Positions 1-10,921 of a DNA stretch of 64,000 nt are shown in pieces; within the stretch, counting starts at the first letter, position 1; each line of letters begins with the position of its first letter. The translations under genes were made by a program, and so were the position numbers. The notes below the pieces were generated by a model that was given only the letters and a program-made list of their open reading frames with translations, did not search any database and was not told the origin of the DNA. Source of the DNA: Meyerozyma guilliermondii (lineage: Eukaryota); contig CP128815.1 in assembly GCA_051546255.1 (NCBI GenBank), positions 1,426,001-1,490,000 of the forward strand, written 5' to 3'.

Positions 1-37
1 AGTAGTCTATAAATTTGAGAGTCTCTGAATTTCTTAG

Positions 38-1126
38 TTATTCCACCGCTACGGTTTTCGCTTTTTTTGGTGGAACCGAAAGCTCTTCGAGTGTGTGTTT
101 GCGTGGAGGTTCAATTGGGTCCATTTCTGTCAATACATCTTTTTGAAGGTATTTTGTCAAAATCTTATTTCCTGCGTCTCCAATCGATTCTGCGACCGAA
201 AGCAAATCTTGATTATTTTTCATTTGGCAAAATTTTTGGTAAAATGGAGACTTTCCCGGCACTTGGTTCAACAAAACATACTTGGTATTACTAGGATGAT
301 TGTCAAAATCGGTTGCAATTTGAATAAATTCGTTCACAACCAGACCCCATGGTTTTGGAGACATCAGAAATACCGTTGGATTTGCCTCGGCACTTTCTGC
401 TATCATGGCCCCAATCTGTTTCCCGTACCGGGCTTGAAGCTCGTAAAACTCCTGGCGATTCCGAATGGCTCCATTTAGAATAAAACTGACATTATTGGAA
501 TGCACGGTCTCGATGATCTGAGGTAAAAAAGTCCGAATTGGCGGCTGCCGGTTTCTCATAGGCTTTGTCCGACAATGCAAAGTTAGGTTAGCAACTCCGG
601 TCTTGCATATGCGGTCGATAAGTTTTATGCTGGGCTCCGGATCGGTAGCATCCAAAAGTCTAATTTTGACACTTATTGGTATGCGATAAACATTTCCAAT
701 TTTTTCTACGAGATTCTTCAAAATCAGCACCAAGACATCTGGATTCGTCAAAAGCTCGGCTCCCATTCCTGAATGGGTCGAGAAGTTTTTCGGACATCCG
801 CAATTGAGATCTATGCCATCCACATCTCGAGCAACTACTTTGGCGGCTTCTACCGCGAGCTCGGGGTTGGCCGAGCCGATCTGAAAAATGAGTCTTCCTC
901 GCTCACTAGCTGGATGAGTTCTAAATACAACTTTATTGTTCGAATCGATAAAATCTGTGGTTGCTAATTTGACATTTTCCACTCGCTTACATTGAATAAT
1001 TTTTTTATCGACAATTTCCGGACTCCACACCAAATCCGCGCCGTATCTGAGAGCCATCAACCTCGTAGGAAGCTCTCCACTGCGCACCATCGGTGCCAAA
1101 ACGAGCTTGCCCGCATACGTCACCAT
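38..1126 (-). CDS. DUS2: tRNA-dihydrouridine synthase (Dus2/Smm1)
   Basis: LAPMVR N-terminus, FQIG, IDLNCGCPK catalytic motif, SVKIR, LTLHCRT. Confidence 0.9.
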   Translation of the reverse strand: MVTYAGKLVLAPMVRSGELPTRLMALRYGADLVWSPEIVDKKIIQCKRVENVKLATTDFIDSNNKVVFRTHPASERGRLIFQIGSANPELAVEAAKVVARDVDGIDLNCGCPKNFSTHSGMGAELLTNPDVLVLILKNLVEKIGNVYRIPISVKIRLLDATDPEPSIKLIDRICKTGVANLTLHCRTKPMRNRQPPIRTFLPQIIETVHSNNVSFILNGAIRNRQEFYELQARYGKQIGAMIAESAEANPTVFLMSPKPWGLVVNEFIQIATDFDNHPSNTKYVLLNQVPGKSPFYQKFCQMKNNQDLLSVAESIGDAGNKILTKYLQKDVLTEMDPIEPPRKHTLEELSVPPKKAKTVAVE

Positions 1127-2327
1127 GGAAAATGTGTCAAGATCGTTTAATGGCTTCTATTGCATTGCATGCATGCAAGCAAAAAACCGTCCGCACGGGT
1201 GACGCGCGTCACGTGCCGCCTTATGCATGTTCACACGACCTGTCAAATTTGCATGACACCGAACTGGTGTCACAGGCAGCCGCAATTGAGCGGATTTCAA
1301 ACAGCACACAAAACTATCGCCTTCGGACCACCGGCAGCAACTATACACACAATTATTTTCACGGCAATCAAGAAAAAGTGGAGAAACATCCAGCCACCAT
1401 TTCTGCAGTTCCAAGATTGCGCACGGTGACGCGTAAATTTCATCATTCATGACTGGTACCCATTTGTAACAATAAATGTGCAATTACTAGCCGCATTTGA
1501 CATCTTGTAATACCAATTGCTTATCGTAGGCTACTGGAGAATCCAATTTTGTCCCGCAAAACGCTTTTTGCCTTTTCAATTACCTTCCTTATCCGGCATT
1601 TATCTGTTTCCGGAACCCCAGCTCGATTATCAAGGCTGATAGGCCTGTATACAGGACTTGCATATGTTCTATAGCCCGCCTATGCGATGAGGTGGTGGAG
1701 ATAAACCCGATTGAATTAATTTGAAAAGCTGAAAATCCGGCAGGGAAATGCAAGGCTGCAATTGGCAACTTTGACAAAATTTGGGGTTAAATTTGACCGG
1801 TTAACACCGGCTTTGATGACCTTCGGCCTATACGATGAGGTCCTGTATAAAAAGAAATAAAACTTTTGCAACCGTACAAAAAAAAAAGAAATTGCAGTCA
1901 TCTAAAATTGCAGAATATTTACATTACTTCTAGATTTAAAACTTTACTAATCCTACATTTTAAGCATTTTATTATTTTCCACTTGCAATCAACTACCAGA
2001 TTCATTCCATTACTATTGCCAATTGTTTCATTTGATTAGTGGACCTTACAAACTTTGCTTATCAATTGTTATCTTTGCGATTTCTTTGTTTTGTTTCTTT
2101 ATCAATTAACAAAACTTTTAAGGACTAGCAAACTTTCCAGCAAAACTACCTGTGATTAACAACAAAATCACTAACCAGCAAACTCAATTGACCTTTTTTG
2201 ACTACCAAACCCTTGAAATTTTCTCATTGTCTGCTTACAGCCATTCAGCGTGTGAGCATTAGTCATATCATCAACTACAATAGCAACGTCTAAAATTCAA
2301 GAATTAAGTGGTAGACCAAAGAGTAAC

Positions 2328-3338
2328 ATGAGTACTCTTTTCCATCCAATGTCACGTACCTTGAATCTGAGAGGAGTTTCAGGTTGTCTCACGCCTCATC
2401 AGGCTGAGCTCAATCAAAACTTCAACAGAAAATCGGAAAACTTGTCTTCATCTTCAGATTCAAATCTGACCACCACCACAACTATTTTATCGCCGCCATT
2501 ATCACCATACCAACGCTCCAATGATACCACTGATGACCATGACGAATTATTAAATGAAGAACTGACAAAGAAGTCTTATGTTCCATCCACCCAACCATTC
2601 AAGGTGGAGAACTACAAGGAATACAAGATGGTTGTAAATCCATGGTCCAACCTAGACCGCCACTACAAGAGTCGTCATCTTGACTTTTTAGAGCAGTACT
2701 CAACGATGTCTGCGCGCGAGGTTCTCCTGTCTTCTTCACGCCTTGTTGAAGCGAGAAGAAGAAGACGTGCACCTCTTGCGTTCGGTGGATCTGACAGCGA
2801 CTCAGAGTCCGGTTTAGATCGGGTCAGAACTCGTAGGGTCGCAAAGGAGTCGTCTGTAAATTCTTCGGATAAGGATGATTTGGCTTCGTTCCCACCTTCT
2901 ACTCCAAGGCGCAAGAAGCCAAGAAAGGAAGCCAGTTACGCTGGGTCCCCATTGGCTTTGCAGCAAGCTGCGTTGATCGACGAGAACATTCCTGATTACT
3001 CCCCCAGTATAGAGACGTTATCCAAGGCCAACAATAGAAGCTTAAAAGTTGAATGGAAGGGCCAGCCAATGGATTTAAGAGGAGACCCCAACGTGGACAA
3101 GTTACATCCAGCTGAAGTGGTACTTGCGTCCACATTGAGGTTACCTTGTAATGTCTATTTGGACTCCAAAAGAAGACTCTTCTACGAAAAAGTGCTGAGA
3201 ATGAGAGGAGGAATGCAATTTAGAAGAACCGACGCCCAAAAGGCTTGCCGCATCGACGTCAACAAGGCCAGTAGACTATTTGCGGCGTTCGAAAAGGTGG
3301 GTTGGTTAGACGACAGCTTGTTTGTGAAGTACCTTTAG
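2328..3338 (+). CDS. SWIRM-domain protein (Fun19/Yor338w family)
   Basis: C-terminal SWIRM domain: WKGQPMDL, LHPAEVVLASTLRL, FRRTDAQKACRIDVNKASRLFAAFEKVGW. Confidence 0.85.
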   Translation: MSTLFHPMSRTLNLRGVSGCLTPHQAELNQNFNRKSENLSSSSDSNLTTTTTILSPPLSPYQRSNDTTDDHDELLNEELTKKSYVPSTQPFKVENYKEYKMVVNPWSNLDRHYKSRHLDFLEQYSTMSAREVLLSSSRLVEARRRRRAPLAFGGSDSDSESGLDRVRTRRVAKESSVNSSDKDDLASFPPSTPRRKKPRKEASYAGSPLALQQAALIDENIPDYSPSIETLSKANNRSLKVEWKGQPMDLRGDPNVDKLHPAEVVLASTLRLPCNVYLDSKRRLFYEKVLRMRGGMQFRRTDAQKACRIDVNKASRLFAAFEKVGWLDDSLFVKYL

Positions 3339-4175
3339 AACTTTACGACGGCTACGAATTACTGGTTTTTTGGGCACAATATTTATGGGTACTAAACGGA
3401 TGGGCGTTTGATTCTTTCGGCTCACATCTTGGCATAGATGTGTATTATGTTTTATAAGGTTTAATTTACGTTGGGTTTATGAAGTGTAGAGCTACAATGT
3501 AACACTGTGTGCCGAGCCGGAGTAACCACGTGAGACTAGGGGAAATGCCGCTCATCCTGCAGACAGTCTGCAAGTGTTGGACTACAATAATTGTTGTTTG
3601 AACAAACCGTATGGACCACAGACTCAGCAAAAACTCTAAACCAATCGATACAATAATCCCCGGCTCTCCCTGTTCATTTAAGTGCCAAACTTTTCTCTTT
3701 AACCAGCCATTGATCCAAGGCTGGTATGGCTTGTGTGCAGTACATCCAGCAACCAAAGCGGAGAAGTAACCAGGGCTAAAATTATCATTAGTAGAGCACA
3801 TTCGTTAATCAGATAGAGAAGCTTCCAACACATTTCTTGAAATTAAAGAAGCGAGAGAGCACGGAAGACGAAGCTTGTCACCTCAGTACAAAAAAAGAAC
3901 CAGAAAGTCAGCTCATTAAAGAGGATTAGTTGAGTACCATTTTGCCCACGAGGAGGCAGACAATTTCTTACAATAATCCGAGCTATTTTTTTCGTTTTAA
4001 AGACACAGAGTACAAGACAGAAGATAGAAGGAGTCGGACTCGTCAACAGACCTGTTTTTCCTTGGCTCCAAATACACCTTTTTGAAAGTATATTGAACTC
4101 TGAAAACTTCACTTTTGGTACCTAACCAGCTACATTCGCTACATTTGATACCCCGTGTCTCGCCTTGCATTTCTG

Positions 4176-5489
4176 ATGAACCAGGACACTTTCGTTCAAA
4201 AAACCTACACAGCAGGTACGATTCCGCCGCAACGGCATGCGGTGGCATACCAAGCATACCCAACTCCTAGTGGGACTTCTCATTATCCAGCGTCGATAGA
4301 GCAGCCTATCATGGTTAGTAATCCAGTGATGAAGTCGCCAGATGGATTTTTAGCATCGCAAATGAATGGGTTTCATCTCCAGTCGCCAGCAACTGACAAC
4401 AATCCGATGTTTCCTTCATTTACATATAACCCAAATCCCCCTATGGCCTCGTTCCAGCGGCCTGTCAAGGTACCTGTCAGTCCAACATCCAATACAGTGC
4501 CCAAAAACCTTGCTCAACATCCACCTTTTTATACACCTCCGTCTATGAATTCAACTGTTTTCAACGCTAATGTGTTGCCTCAGACACCAGCACCTTCGAT
4601 GATTCCGGCAGCTGCGGGCCAGCTTGGACATGTGCTCTCGTCTCCTAATGAACCTCCACATGTTTCATCGCAAATTCCGGGCTACTATTCTACATCTTCA
4701 GAAAAGGCTTCCAGCCATAATGGAACTATTTCCCAAGAAAGCGTCAAGACCGAAACTTCTCCCAGTATGTTGAACCAAATCAGCCCGGAAGATATATTTG
4801 CAACGCTGACAGAGCCCGAAGAAGGAGATTTTCCGGACACAACCAACGTGACCATCGATGATATTTTGAAGGAAGACCCATTTGTCGACCTCAAACCCGA
4901 GACCACCGACAACGAAGCGAGCTTCATGTCGTGCTTTTTGGACTTGGACGAGCTTTCGGGCGACGATATACCAGTCAAGGCGGAGGAGCTCAGTGGGCTC
5001 GGCATTTATAGCATTGGCAAGGACCATGGCGATGATGGAGTTAAATCTGGTAAAAGAACCGGGGACATTCTCGCGGCAGAAACTATTAAAACCACCTCCC
5101 ACGCCGCCAGGTCGGAAAAAGCGTCAAAGGAGAGGACGTTGAAAAAGTCCAAGTCGTTTAGCGGCAACGCAACCATGGTTACAAAAGTGAATTCTGGATT
5201 AGGAACTCCCCACACTCCATCCACGAAACAGCGTCCGAAATTTTCGTTTAGTGAATGCTCGGGAGAATTCGCAGTACAAAGTCTGTACTCGTTTGTTTTG
5301 GAAAATCTGGCCATGGCAGGCAACAAGCCTTCAACATCGAGAAGACCCGAGAGACCGATAATGAAGCGTGCGGTTACTTATGCTCTCGACACTTCTCCCA
5401 CAAAAACCAGCGACGTACCACCACCTCTACTCAAAAGCATGGAATCGGGGTGTCTACAGTTCCAGGTTGACTTGGGCAAGAACATGTAA
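4176..5489 (+). CDS. Unknown Ser/Pro-rich, probably disordered protein
   Basis: Long ORF with first ATG at 4176 (the track starts at GTG 4155); no recognisable domain; many S/T-P sites and an acidic middle region. Confidence 0.7.
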   Translation: MNQDTFVQKTYTAGTIPPQRHAVAYQAYPTPSGTSHYPASIEQPIMVSNPVMKSPDGFLASQMNGFHLQSPATDNNPMFPSFTYNPNPPMASFQRPVKVPVSPTSNTVPKNLAQHPPFYTPPSMNSTVFNANVLPQTPAPSMIPAAAGQLGHVLSSPNEPPHVSSQIPGYYSTSSEKASSHNGTISQESVKTETSPSMLNQISPEDIFATLTEPEEGDFPDTTNVTIDDILKEDPFVDLKPETTDNEASFMSCFLDLDELSGDDIPVKAEELSGLGIYSIGKDHGDDGVKSGKRTGDILAAETIKTTSHAARSEKASKERTLKKSKSFSGNATMVTKVNSGLGTPHTPSTKQRPKFSFSECSGEFAVQSLYSFVLENLAMAGNKPSTSRRPERPIMKRAVTYALDTSPTKTSDVPPPLLKSMESGCLQFQVDLGKNM

Positions 5490-5589
5490 TATATCTTAAT
5501 CTGTATTGAATATCATGCCTCACTTAAGACGAAGCACTAAAGTATTTTAACTCTAATGTACCTAAATTACACCAAACTCTCAAAGCACA

Positions 5590-5835
5590 TTACAAGTCCT
5601 TGGCTCTGGGAACATACTCCTCTCCACTCAAAACTGGTGCCTTTCTAAACTGTCTGGTCCAAGGCATTTGTCCTTCTTTCTCGTAAGCAAAGTATACTAA
5701 AGCCGCGGGAACAACACCCATAGAGACAAAACTGAACAATGCCGAACGAGGCTTGAAACGGAAATGATGACCAAGAAGCTCCTTGGCGGTGTTAAAACGC
5801 TGGAACTGTGGATCTGGTCTGAGGGTGCCTGCCAT
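5590..5835 (-). CDS. Complex I accessory subunit (NDUFB4/NB5M-like)
   Basis: MAGTLRPDPQFQRF...HHFRFKPRSA followed by one TM helix; ATG at 5835 preferred. Confidence 0.7.
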   Translation of the reverse strand: MAGTLRPDPQFQRFNTAKELLGHHFRFKPRSALFSFVSMGVVPAALVYFAYEKEGQMPWTRQFRKAPVLSGEEYVPRAKDL

Positions 5836-6029
5836 AGTTAAAGACAAAACGCTAGTTCGCGAAAACGAGTTCCTCATTGGCGGACTGTGTACAGGAACAG
5901 AGGAACCAAGAGGCCAGAGGTTGAACGTCTGTAGTATACACTATCTAAATTACACAGCGCCAATTGGCTTACTCGGTAGTTTGCTTGTCATTGAGCTCGC
6001 CACTTTGCCTTTTGGTTGGTTTTTGTTTC

Positions 6030-6878
6030 TCATTTTTCTATGCTTTCTCGTATCGCATTCACGATGTCCAAGTCGGTGCTGGAAATTGCATTGTCAATTT
6101 TGGCTCGGGCGGTGTCGCCAGGTGAGCTCGGGAGCCCCACGCGCTCCAAGAGCTTGGACGACTTCATCTGAATATATCGATCTCGAGACGAGAGCGGGAA
6201 TTCTGTCAGCTGAATGTCTCCGGAGAACAAATCGTGGAGGTGGTGAGCTTGTCGAATCAAGTCATCCACCTGAGTTATTAGAAAGTGAAACGTCTGGTCA
6301 ACCGGAGATATGGATTTGAGGGCGGTTTTGGCCTCAGGCGACAAGAGGTCGTTGTTGGGTCCTGCTTCTAGGGCCAGTATACATGCTTGAAACTTGCGAA
6401 GTAGAGCTATTATTTTCTTAGCCTTGACCACTTGCACGCGAATGATCTTGCGCACAGTTAGTTCCTGGTTGATCTTTTTGATGAGGTTTTGGATCCGTTC
6501 GTCTGCAGCTGCTGCCTCTGAGTCATCAGACACCACGGCGACATCACTATGATGTTTGAGTCTGACGTATCCCTGTTCCACAAGGGTCTGAGGTATAGTG
6601 AATATATTTCTTAGAGCATAGAGCTCGAATTTGTCGAAGTTTTTGTCGACATTGCTTTCCAACAACGTTTCCAATTTTGCAGTTCCAATTTGAATTTCTT
6701 CAGAGATGATTTTTTTGTCGCCAGCACCAAACTTATCTGTTCTTTCCAGAAGAAATGTATCCATGGCTGCTACACACTTGTACATGATTTCATTGACAGC
6801 ATTTATCACATCGTCTATCACCACCGTAGCCGGGAACCCAAGGTGCTCTGTGACGAGGGCATTGACCCGGTAATCCAT
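6030..6878 (-). CDS. MTW1: Kinetochore Mis12/Mtw1
   Basis: LVTEHLGFP..IDDVINAVN and LETLLESNVDKNFDKFELYALRNIF Mis12 motifs. Confidence 0.92.
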   Translation of the reverse strand: MDYRVNALVTEHLGFPATVVIDDVINAVNEIMYKCVAAMDTFLLERTDKFGAGDKKIISEEIQIGTAKLETLLESNVDKNFDKFELYALRNIFTIPQTLVEQGYVRLKHHSDVAVVSDDSEAAAADERIQNLIKKINQELTVRKIIRVQVVKAKKIIALLRKFQACILALEAGPNNDLLSPEAKTALKSISPVDQTFHFLITQVDDLIRQAHHLHDLFSGDIQLTEFPLSSRDRYIQMKSSKLLERVGLPSSPGDTARAKIDNAISSTDLDIVNAIRESIEK

Positions 6879-7449
6879 GGCGAGAGAAAATGAGCAAAAA
6901 TGGCACTTTTAGGCTTGAAAAGAAGGGAGGATGGGCCTGTGGTATAGGAGAGCCAATCTGTGTGTTTGTACGTGTTCAGGTGAGCTATGTCTTGTGGGGT
7001 GGTTAGTTGCAATAAAATCAACACACAAACATGAAGCGATAAAACAAAAGTTCGCGCGGCTTGAAAAGAAGAGGGAGCTGTGGTAGAGGCAAGGAAAGAA
7101 GTAAGGAAAGAATTGAGCAAAATGCGAGCACAGAGCGAGGTAATTGGCTCAATTGTTCACCTTCTGTATCGTGGAACCAACATGAACTCAGTATACTGTT
7201 GATTTTCCCATTTTCACCGTAATTTCCATTTATTACCCCCTTAACTCCACTTTTAATCAAATCCAAGCTAATAGTCTTCATCTCCGGCATCACTTTCCTC
7301 ATCAAAGTTATCCCAGTTCCCCCCACACTCTATCTCTCGTCCCCCTCTTCCTCCCCTCTGCTTCATCGTCTCTTGAGATCTCTGACATTTTCGCGACCGC
7401 CTCGCATTTCGTTGCGTTCTTCTCCACCAACGCGCTAAATTCTTCTGGG

Positions 7450-9750
7450 ATGGCCCAACCGCAGCCACCTACAGCGGTGACTCCTCAGGAAACATACACG
7501 TTCACCAGCTTGGATGCCAAAATAGCCCAGTACAAATATGCCATTTACAAGACAAAACTGTTGATTACACGGATAACCGCCCTTCAAGACAACCCAGATT
7601 TATTGCTTCTACACTATATAATACCACTCTGCGGTTCATTATTCGCCATAAGTGACCAATTGTTTGTCTCAAGACTTCAGAAATTAGCAAATTACCAACC
7701 CTTCAAACCTGGTCCATTCAGCTTGTCTTCATCCGTGACCCATATTCCATACGATAGCCATGACCAAACGCCAGAATCACTCCACGAAGTTCCAAATGTT
7801 GCCGAGGCTCAGAGATGCTTGAAGACATTCAGCGTGTTGTGCCACAGTGCTTTACAGGGATACCAGAAGCGATTGCAGCAGGCTTTGTTGGATCCTAGTG
7901 GACAGGAATCTGCCGGCTATTGTGACAAGGCAGTTGCCAAAGTTTTAAGTGCTGTTGACGATCTCGATCTATCGTTGCCACAAGAGTTGGTGGTGTACTC
8001 CCAGTCCGCTATGTCCGATGATTCCGAAGCTACATTGATGGACATCGATATTCGGACCTTGCTCGAGTCCACCAAACTAGTCAAGGAAAACTTGATTAGA
8101 ATCAAACCAGACGTTCTCAAACTAAAGGGAATAGCAGCCGTCAACCAGCAGTTGCGCGAGAGGACATTGAGATCGTTTCAAGACTGGCAGTGTAGTTTAC
8201 ATGTTCTCATGGTTCTCGCAACGAGGCTAAACGAATTGTACTCCATGTTACGCAGAATCGGAAGACAAGCATACCTCACGAACTATCAGCATTTGTATGA
8301 CCAAAGGTTGTCGTTTCAGTCGAGAAATCCCGGATACTTTCGACATCATGTTCTCAAGGATATTGATTTGCATCTCAATTCTCCAAAGAAAAACGGTTCC
8401 CTAATAGCAACTTTGACCAGACTACTCCGCCAGAGCTCTTTGCACCCGGTAGATGCCAAGACGGTGGCCGACTTTGCGGGCTACATAAACCAGGGTTTCA
8501 TGATTGTGGAGAAGCTTTGCAATGCCATCGAAGACTTCTCCTTGCACTGGATTGCAGCCGAATTGAGATTCAGAAAGGTACACAACTTACCCGTGAAGGC
8601 ATTGCTTGACATCTACAATACTTATAAGAGTGCACCAGAGCCGATCTCCAATTCAACAACGACACAACCAACGAAACCAGCACCCAAACAACCAGATTCC
8701 AAGTTAAACGACTCGCTTGCCTCGTTGAATATTGGTAGTGAACCAAAAACTCGTTCTTCCAGGTCGTCCTCCGTATCGAGTACGTCCAGTATCACCAGCA
8801 ACACCACTCGAAATGTCCCTGGAAACCGTGCCTCGATGGTGCTGCCTTTGAAGGCGACTCCTCCAAAACCAAGACCATCATCCGCCATTTTCATGAACTC
8901 CAACTTGTCCATCCCCACCATCTCTACATCCAAACCTGAAGCCGAAGCTAAGACAACGACACCCACTGGCCGGCGCCGGTCGAATTCTCAGCCAATTCGA
9001 AGTCCCGTTTCCGAAGAACGTAAGGGTCTGCCAACAGTCAAGTCCCCATCAGGGTCCATCCAGTCTCCCGTTGGATCACTCAGGAGGACGCTGTCACTTA
9101 CCAAGCGCAGTCCCAAGCCCCAAACCGACCCGTTCGTGACAGCTCCAATTGCTGAAGAACCTGAACCTCAACTCACTGCTACGCAAAGACTCCAGGCACA
9201 TTTGCGACTGGCTGCGAAAACCGGGGCTTTGATGACCCAAGAGAAAGAGATCTTGAGCTCGGTTGTATTTGACCCGAACGATCCTTCTAGCGTGAATCTT
9301 GGTCGGAAATCAGTTAATAAAGAGGCTAATCTTTCTGCCTCAGCAGCCAGTGCCGCTTCCAAATTGCACACTGCACCGTCACCGTCCACTCCTCCCACTT
9401 TATCCAAGAGAGACCAAGTCACGAGGCAGAATACAAGGAAAAACAGCGTCAAGACCCTGCACGTCTTCAGCGATACCGCTTCGTCGGTGGAAATCGAAAC
9501 CAGAACCACCTCATCGGAATCATCAGTTCTGTCATCAGGAAATTCCAGTGTGGTAAAAAAAGTGCGTTTTACAGGCGTGCCAGAATACTCAGAGGCAGAA
9601 GATGCGCCAACAAAGTACCTGAACCGTTTATTGAAGAACTTTGCTGTGTTCAAGACCCCATCACCCACATTGGCATCTTTTCGCAAACGAGACCAATTGC
9701 TACGAGAAGAGAGCCAATCGTTCAAAACTCATGTTAAACGACCTGATTGA
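7450..9750 (+). CDS. GIP4: Glc7/PP1-interacting protein Gip4-like
   Basis: Helical N-terminal domain, long Ser-rich tail, RVxF-type motif KKVRFTGVP near the C-terminus. Confidence 0.7.
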   Translation: MAQPQPPTAVTPQETYTFTSLDAKIAQYKYAIYKTKLLITRITALQDNPDLLLLHYIIPLCGSLFAISDQLFVSRLQKLANYQPFKPGPFSLSSSVTHIPYDSHDQTPESLHEVPNVAEAQRCLKTFSVLCHSALQGYQKRLQQALLDPSGQESAGYCDKAVAKVLSAVDDLDLSLPQELVVYSQSAMSDDSEATLMDIDIRTLLESTKLVKENLIRIKPDVLKLKGIAAVNQQLRERTLRSFQDWQCSLHVLMVLATRLNELYSMLRRIGRQAYLTNYQHLYDQRLSFQSRNPGYFRHHVLKDIDLHLNSPKKNGSLIATLTRLLRQSSLHPVDAKTVADFAGYINQGFMIVEKLCNAIEDFSLHWIAAELRFRKVHNLPVKALLDIYNTYKSAPEPISNSTTTQPTKPAPKQPDSKLNDSLASLNIGSEPKTRSSRSSSVSSTSSITSNTTRNVPGNRASMVLPLKATPPKPRPSSAIFMNSNLSIPTISTSKPEAEAKTTTPTGRRRSNSQPIRSPVSEERKGLPTVKSPSGSIQSPVGSLRRTLSLTKRSPKPQTDPFVTAPIAEEPEPQLTATQRLQAHLRLAAKTGALMTQEKEILSSVVFDPNDPSSVNLGRKSVNKEANLSASAASAASKLHTAPSPSTPPTLSKRDQVTRQNTRKNSVKTLHVFSDTASSVEIETRTTSSESSVLSSGNSSVVKKVRFTGVPEYSEAEDAPTKYLNRLLKNFAVFKTPSPTLASFRKRDQLLREESQSFKTHVKRPD

Positions 9751-9790
9751 GCGGCATACGTACTAATACTCCATCTAGACAATTGCATGC

Positions 9791-9877
9791 GCTCATCGTA
9801 GTAGAAACCCGTAGCCATTAATTGCAGCTCCACTATGGTGGTTTTGTGTAACGATCAACCTCATCTCAAAATTTTTT
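9791..9877 (+). promoter_or_regulatory. PAC (GCTCATC) and RRPE-like (AAAATTTT) ribosome-biogenesis elements upstream of RPA43
   Basis: GCTCATC at 9791-9797; CTCATCTCAAAATTTTTT at about 9860-9877. Confidence 0.55.
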
Positions 9878-9897
9878 GAGACGAGCGATAACGAAAT

Positions 9898-10815
9898 ATG
9901 CCTGTGGAAACAAAAAAACGGGCTTCTCAGGATCACAATATACCGGCCAAGAAGGCCAAGACGGGCAACCCCGTCAACAAAGATGGTGTTTCAGAGTGTT
10001 TCAAGAAATTTACGACGGAATTGTACGTTTCTTTAGCACCATGTTTTATTAACGATCCCATCAACGGAATCAAAGCTCAGCATTTAGATCCATTGGTGAT
10101 GACATATTTCCCCAAAGCCAAGGGTGTAGTGATAGCTTACTCCAACCTCAAGCTTTCGCCCGAGAACAAGACCACAGACACAGACGACAACCCCATATAT
10201 GTTTCCACCGTTTCCAACTCTTCACCATTTACATATTTATGGGTCACCGTTGACCTTCTTATATGGCAACCCAATGCTGGAGACATAATAGAGGGCTATA
10301 GTTACATGCAGACAGCATCTCACATTGGTTTGCTTGTTCATGATACGTTCAATGCTACAATCAAGAAGCTCAACATTCCTGCTGAATGGCGGTTTGTACC
10401 CAGTCAAGTAGACGAGTACGCCGAGAGCGAGCAAGATACTGGAAAATTTAAGTCTTTTGGCTACTGGGTTGATGAAAATGACGTAAAAATCGAAGGAAAG
10501 ATCAAATTCACCGTCAAATCTGTCCATGCTTCTGGCCGAGTAGTTTCCTTGGCAGGAACCTTGATAAAACCTGGCTCAGAGAAAGATGCTCAGCCTGTAA
10601 TTAGAGAGCGTCGCTCTTCGAACAGTGGAGTCAATGCGAGCTCTGGAAAACACAAAAAATTCGACGAAGAAGACGTCCCCACAGTAACAGAAATCCCAGA
10701 ACCCGAATCGGAGTCTATTGAATCTGCCATTCCGACATACATTAACTCGGAAGAGGAAGCTGAAGATGGAGCCATTGTAAATAATTCTGACTCCGAGGAG
10801 TCTGAGTCAGACTAG
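9898..10815 (+). CDS. RPA43: RNA polymerase I subunit A43
   Basis: LYVSLAP, QHLDPL, WQPNAGDIIEG, SHIGLLVHDTFNATIK, acidic tail. Confidence 0.92.
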   Translation: MPVETKKRASQDHNIPAKKAKTGNPVNKDGVSECFKKFTTELYVSLAPCFINDPINGIKAQHLDPLVMTYFPKAKGVVIAYSNLKLSPENKTTDTDDNPIYVSTVSNSSPFTYLWVTVDLLIWQPNAGDIIEGYSYMQTASHIGLLVHDTFNATIKKLNIPAEWRFVPSQVDEYAESEQDTGKFKSFGYWVDENDVKIEGKIKFTVKSVHASGRVVSLAGTLIKPGSEKDAQPVIRERRSSNSGVNASSGKHKKFDEEDVPTVTEIPEPESESIESAIPTYINSEEEAEDGAIVNNSDSEESESD

Positions 10816-10921
10816 TCTATCAAATGTCACCTTTCTTAATGCATCATGGTCTTTTTCATAAAAGATATGACCAAGGTACTACTATATACAAGTGATCTTG
10901 GGTCTATGATATTATATATGA

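Noticed and set aside
1263..1270. ACTGGTGT, which I recall as a Candida/Meyerozyma guilliermondii telomeric unit (possible telomerase RNA template)
   Set aside because: Single 8-mer without the terminal redundancy a template needs; expected by chance in 64 kb
2169..2178. CACTAACCAG, a branch-point/acceptor-like sequence upstream of the SWIRM gene
   Set aside because: No GTAAGT or GTATGT donor upstream within the leader, so a 5' UTR intron is unsupported
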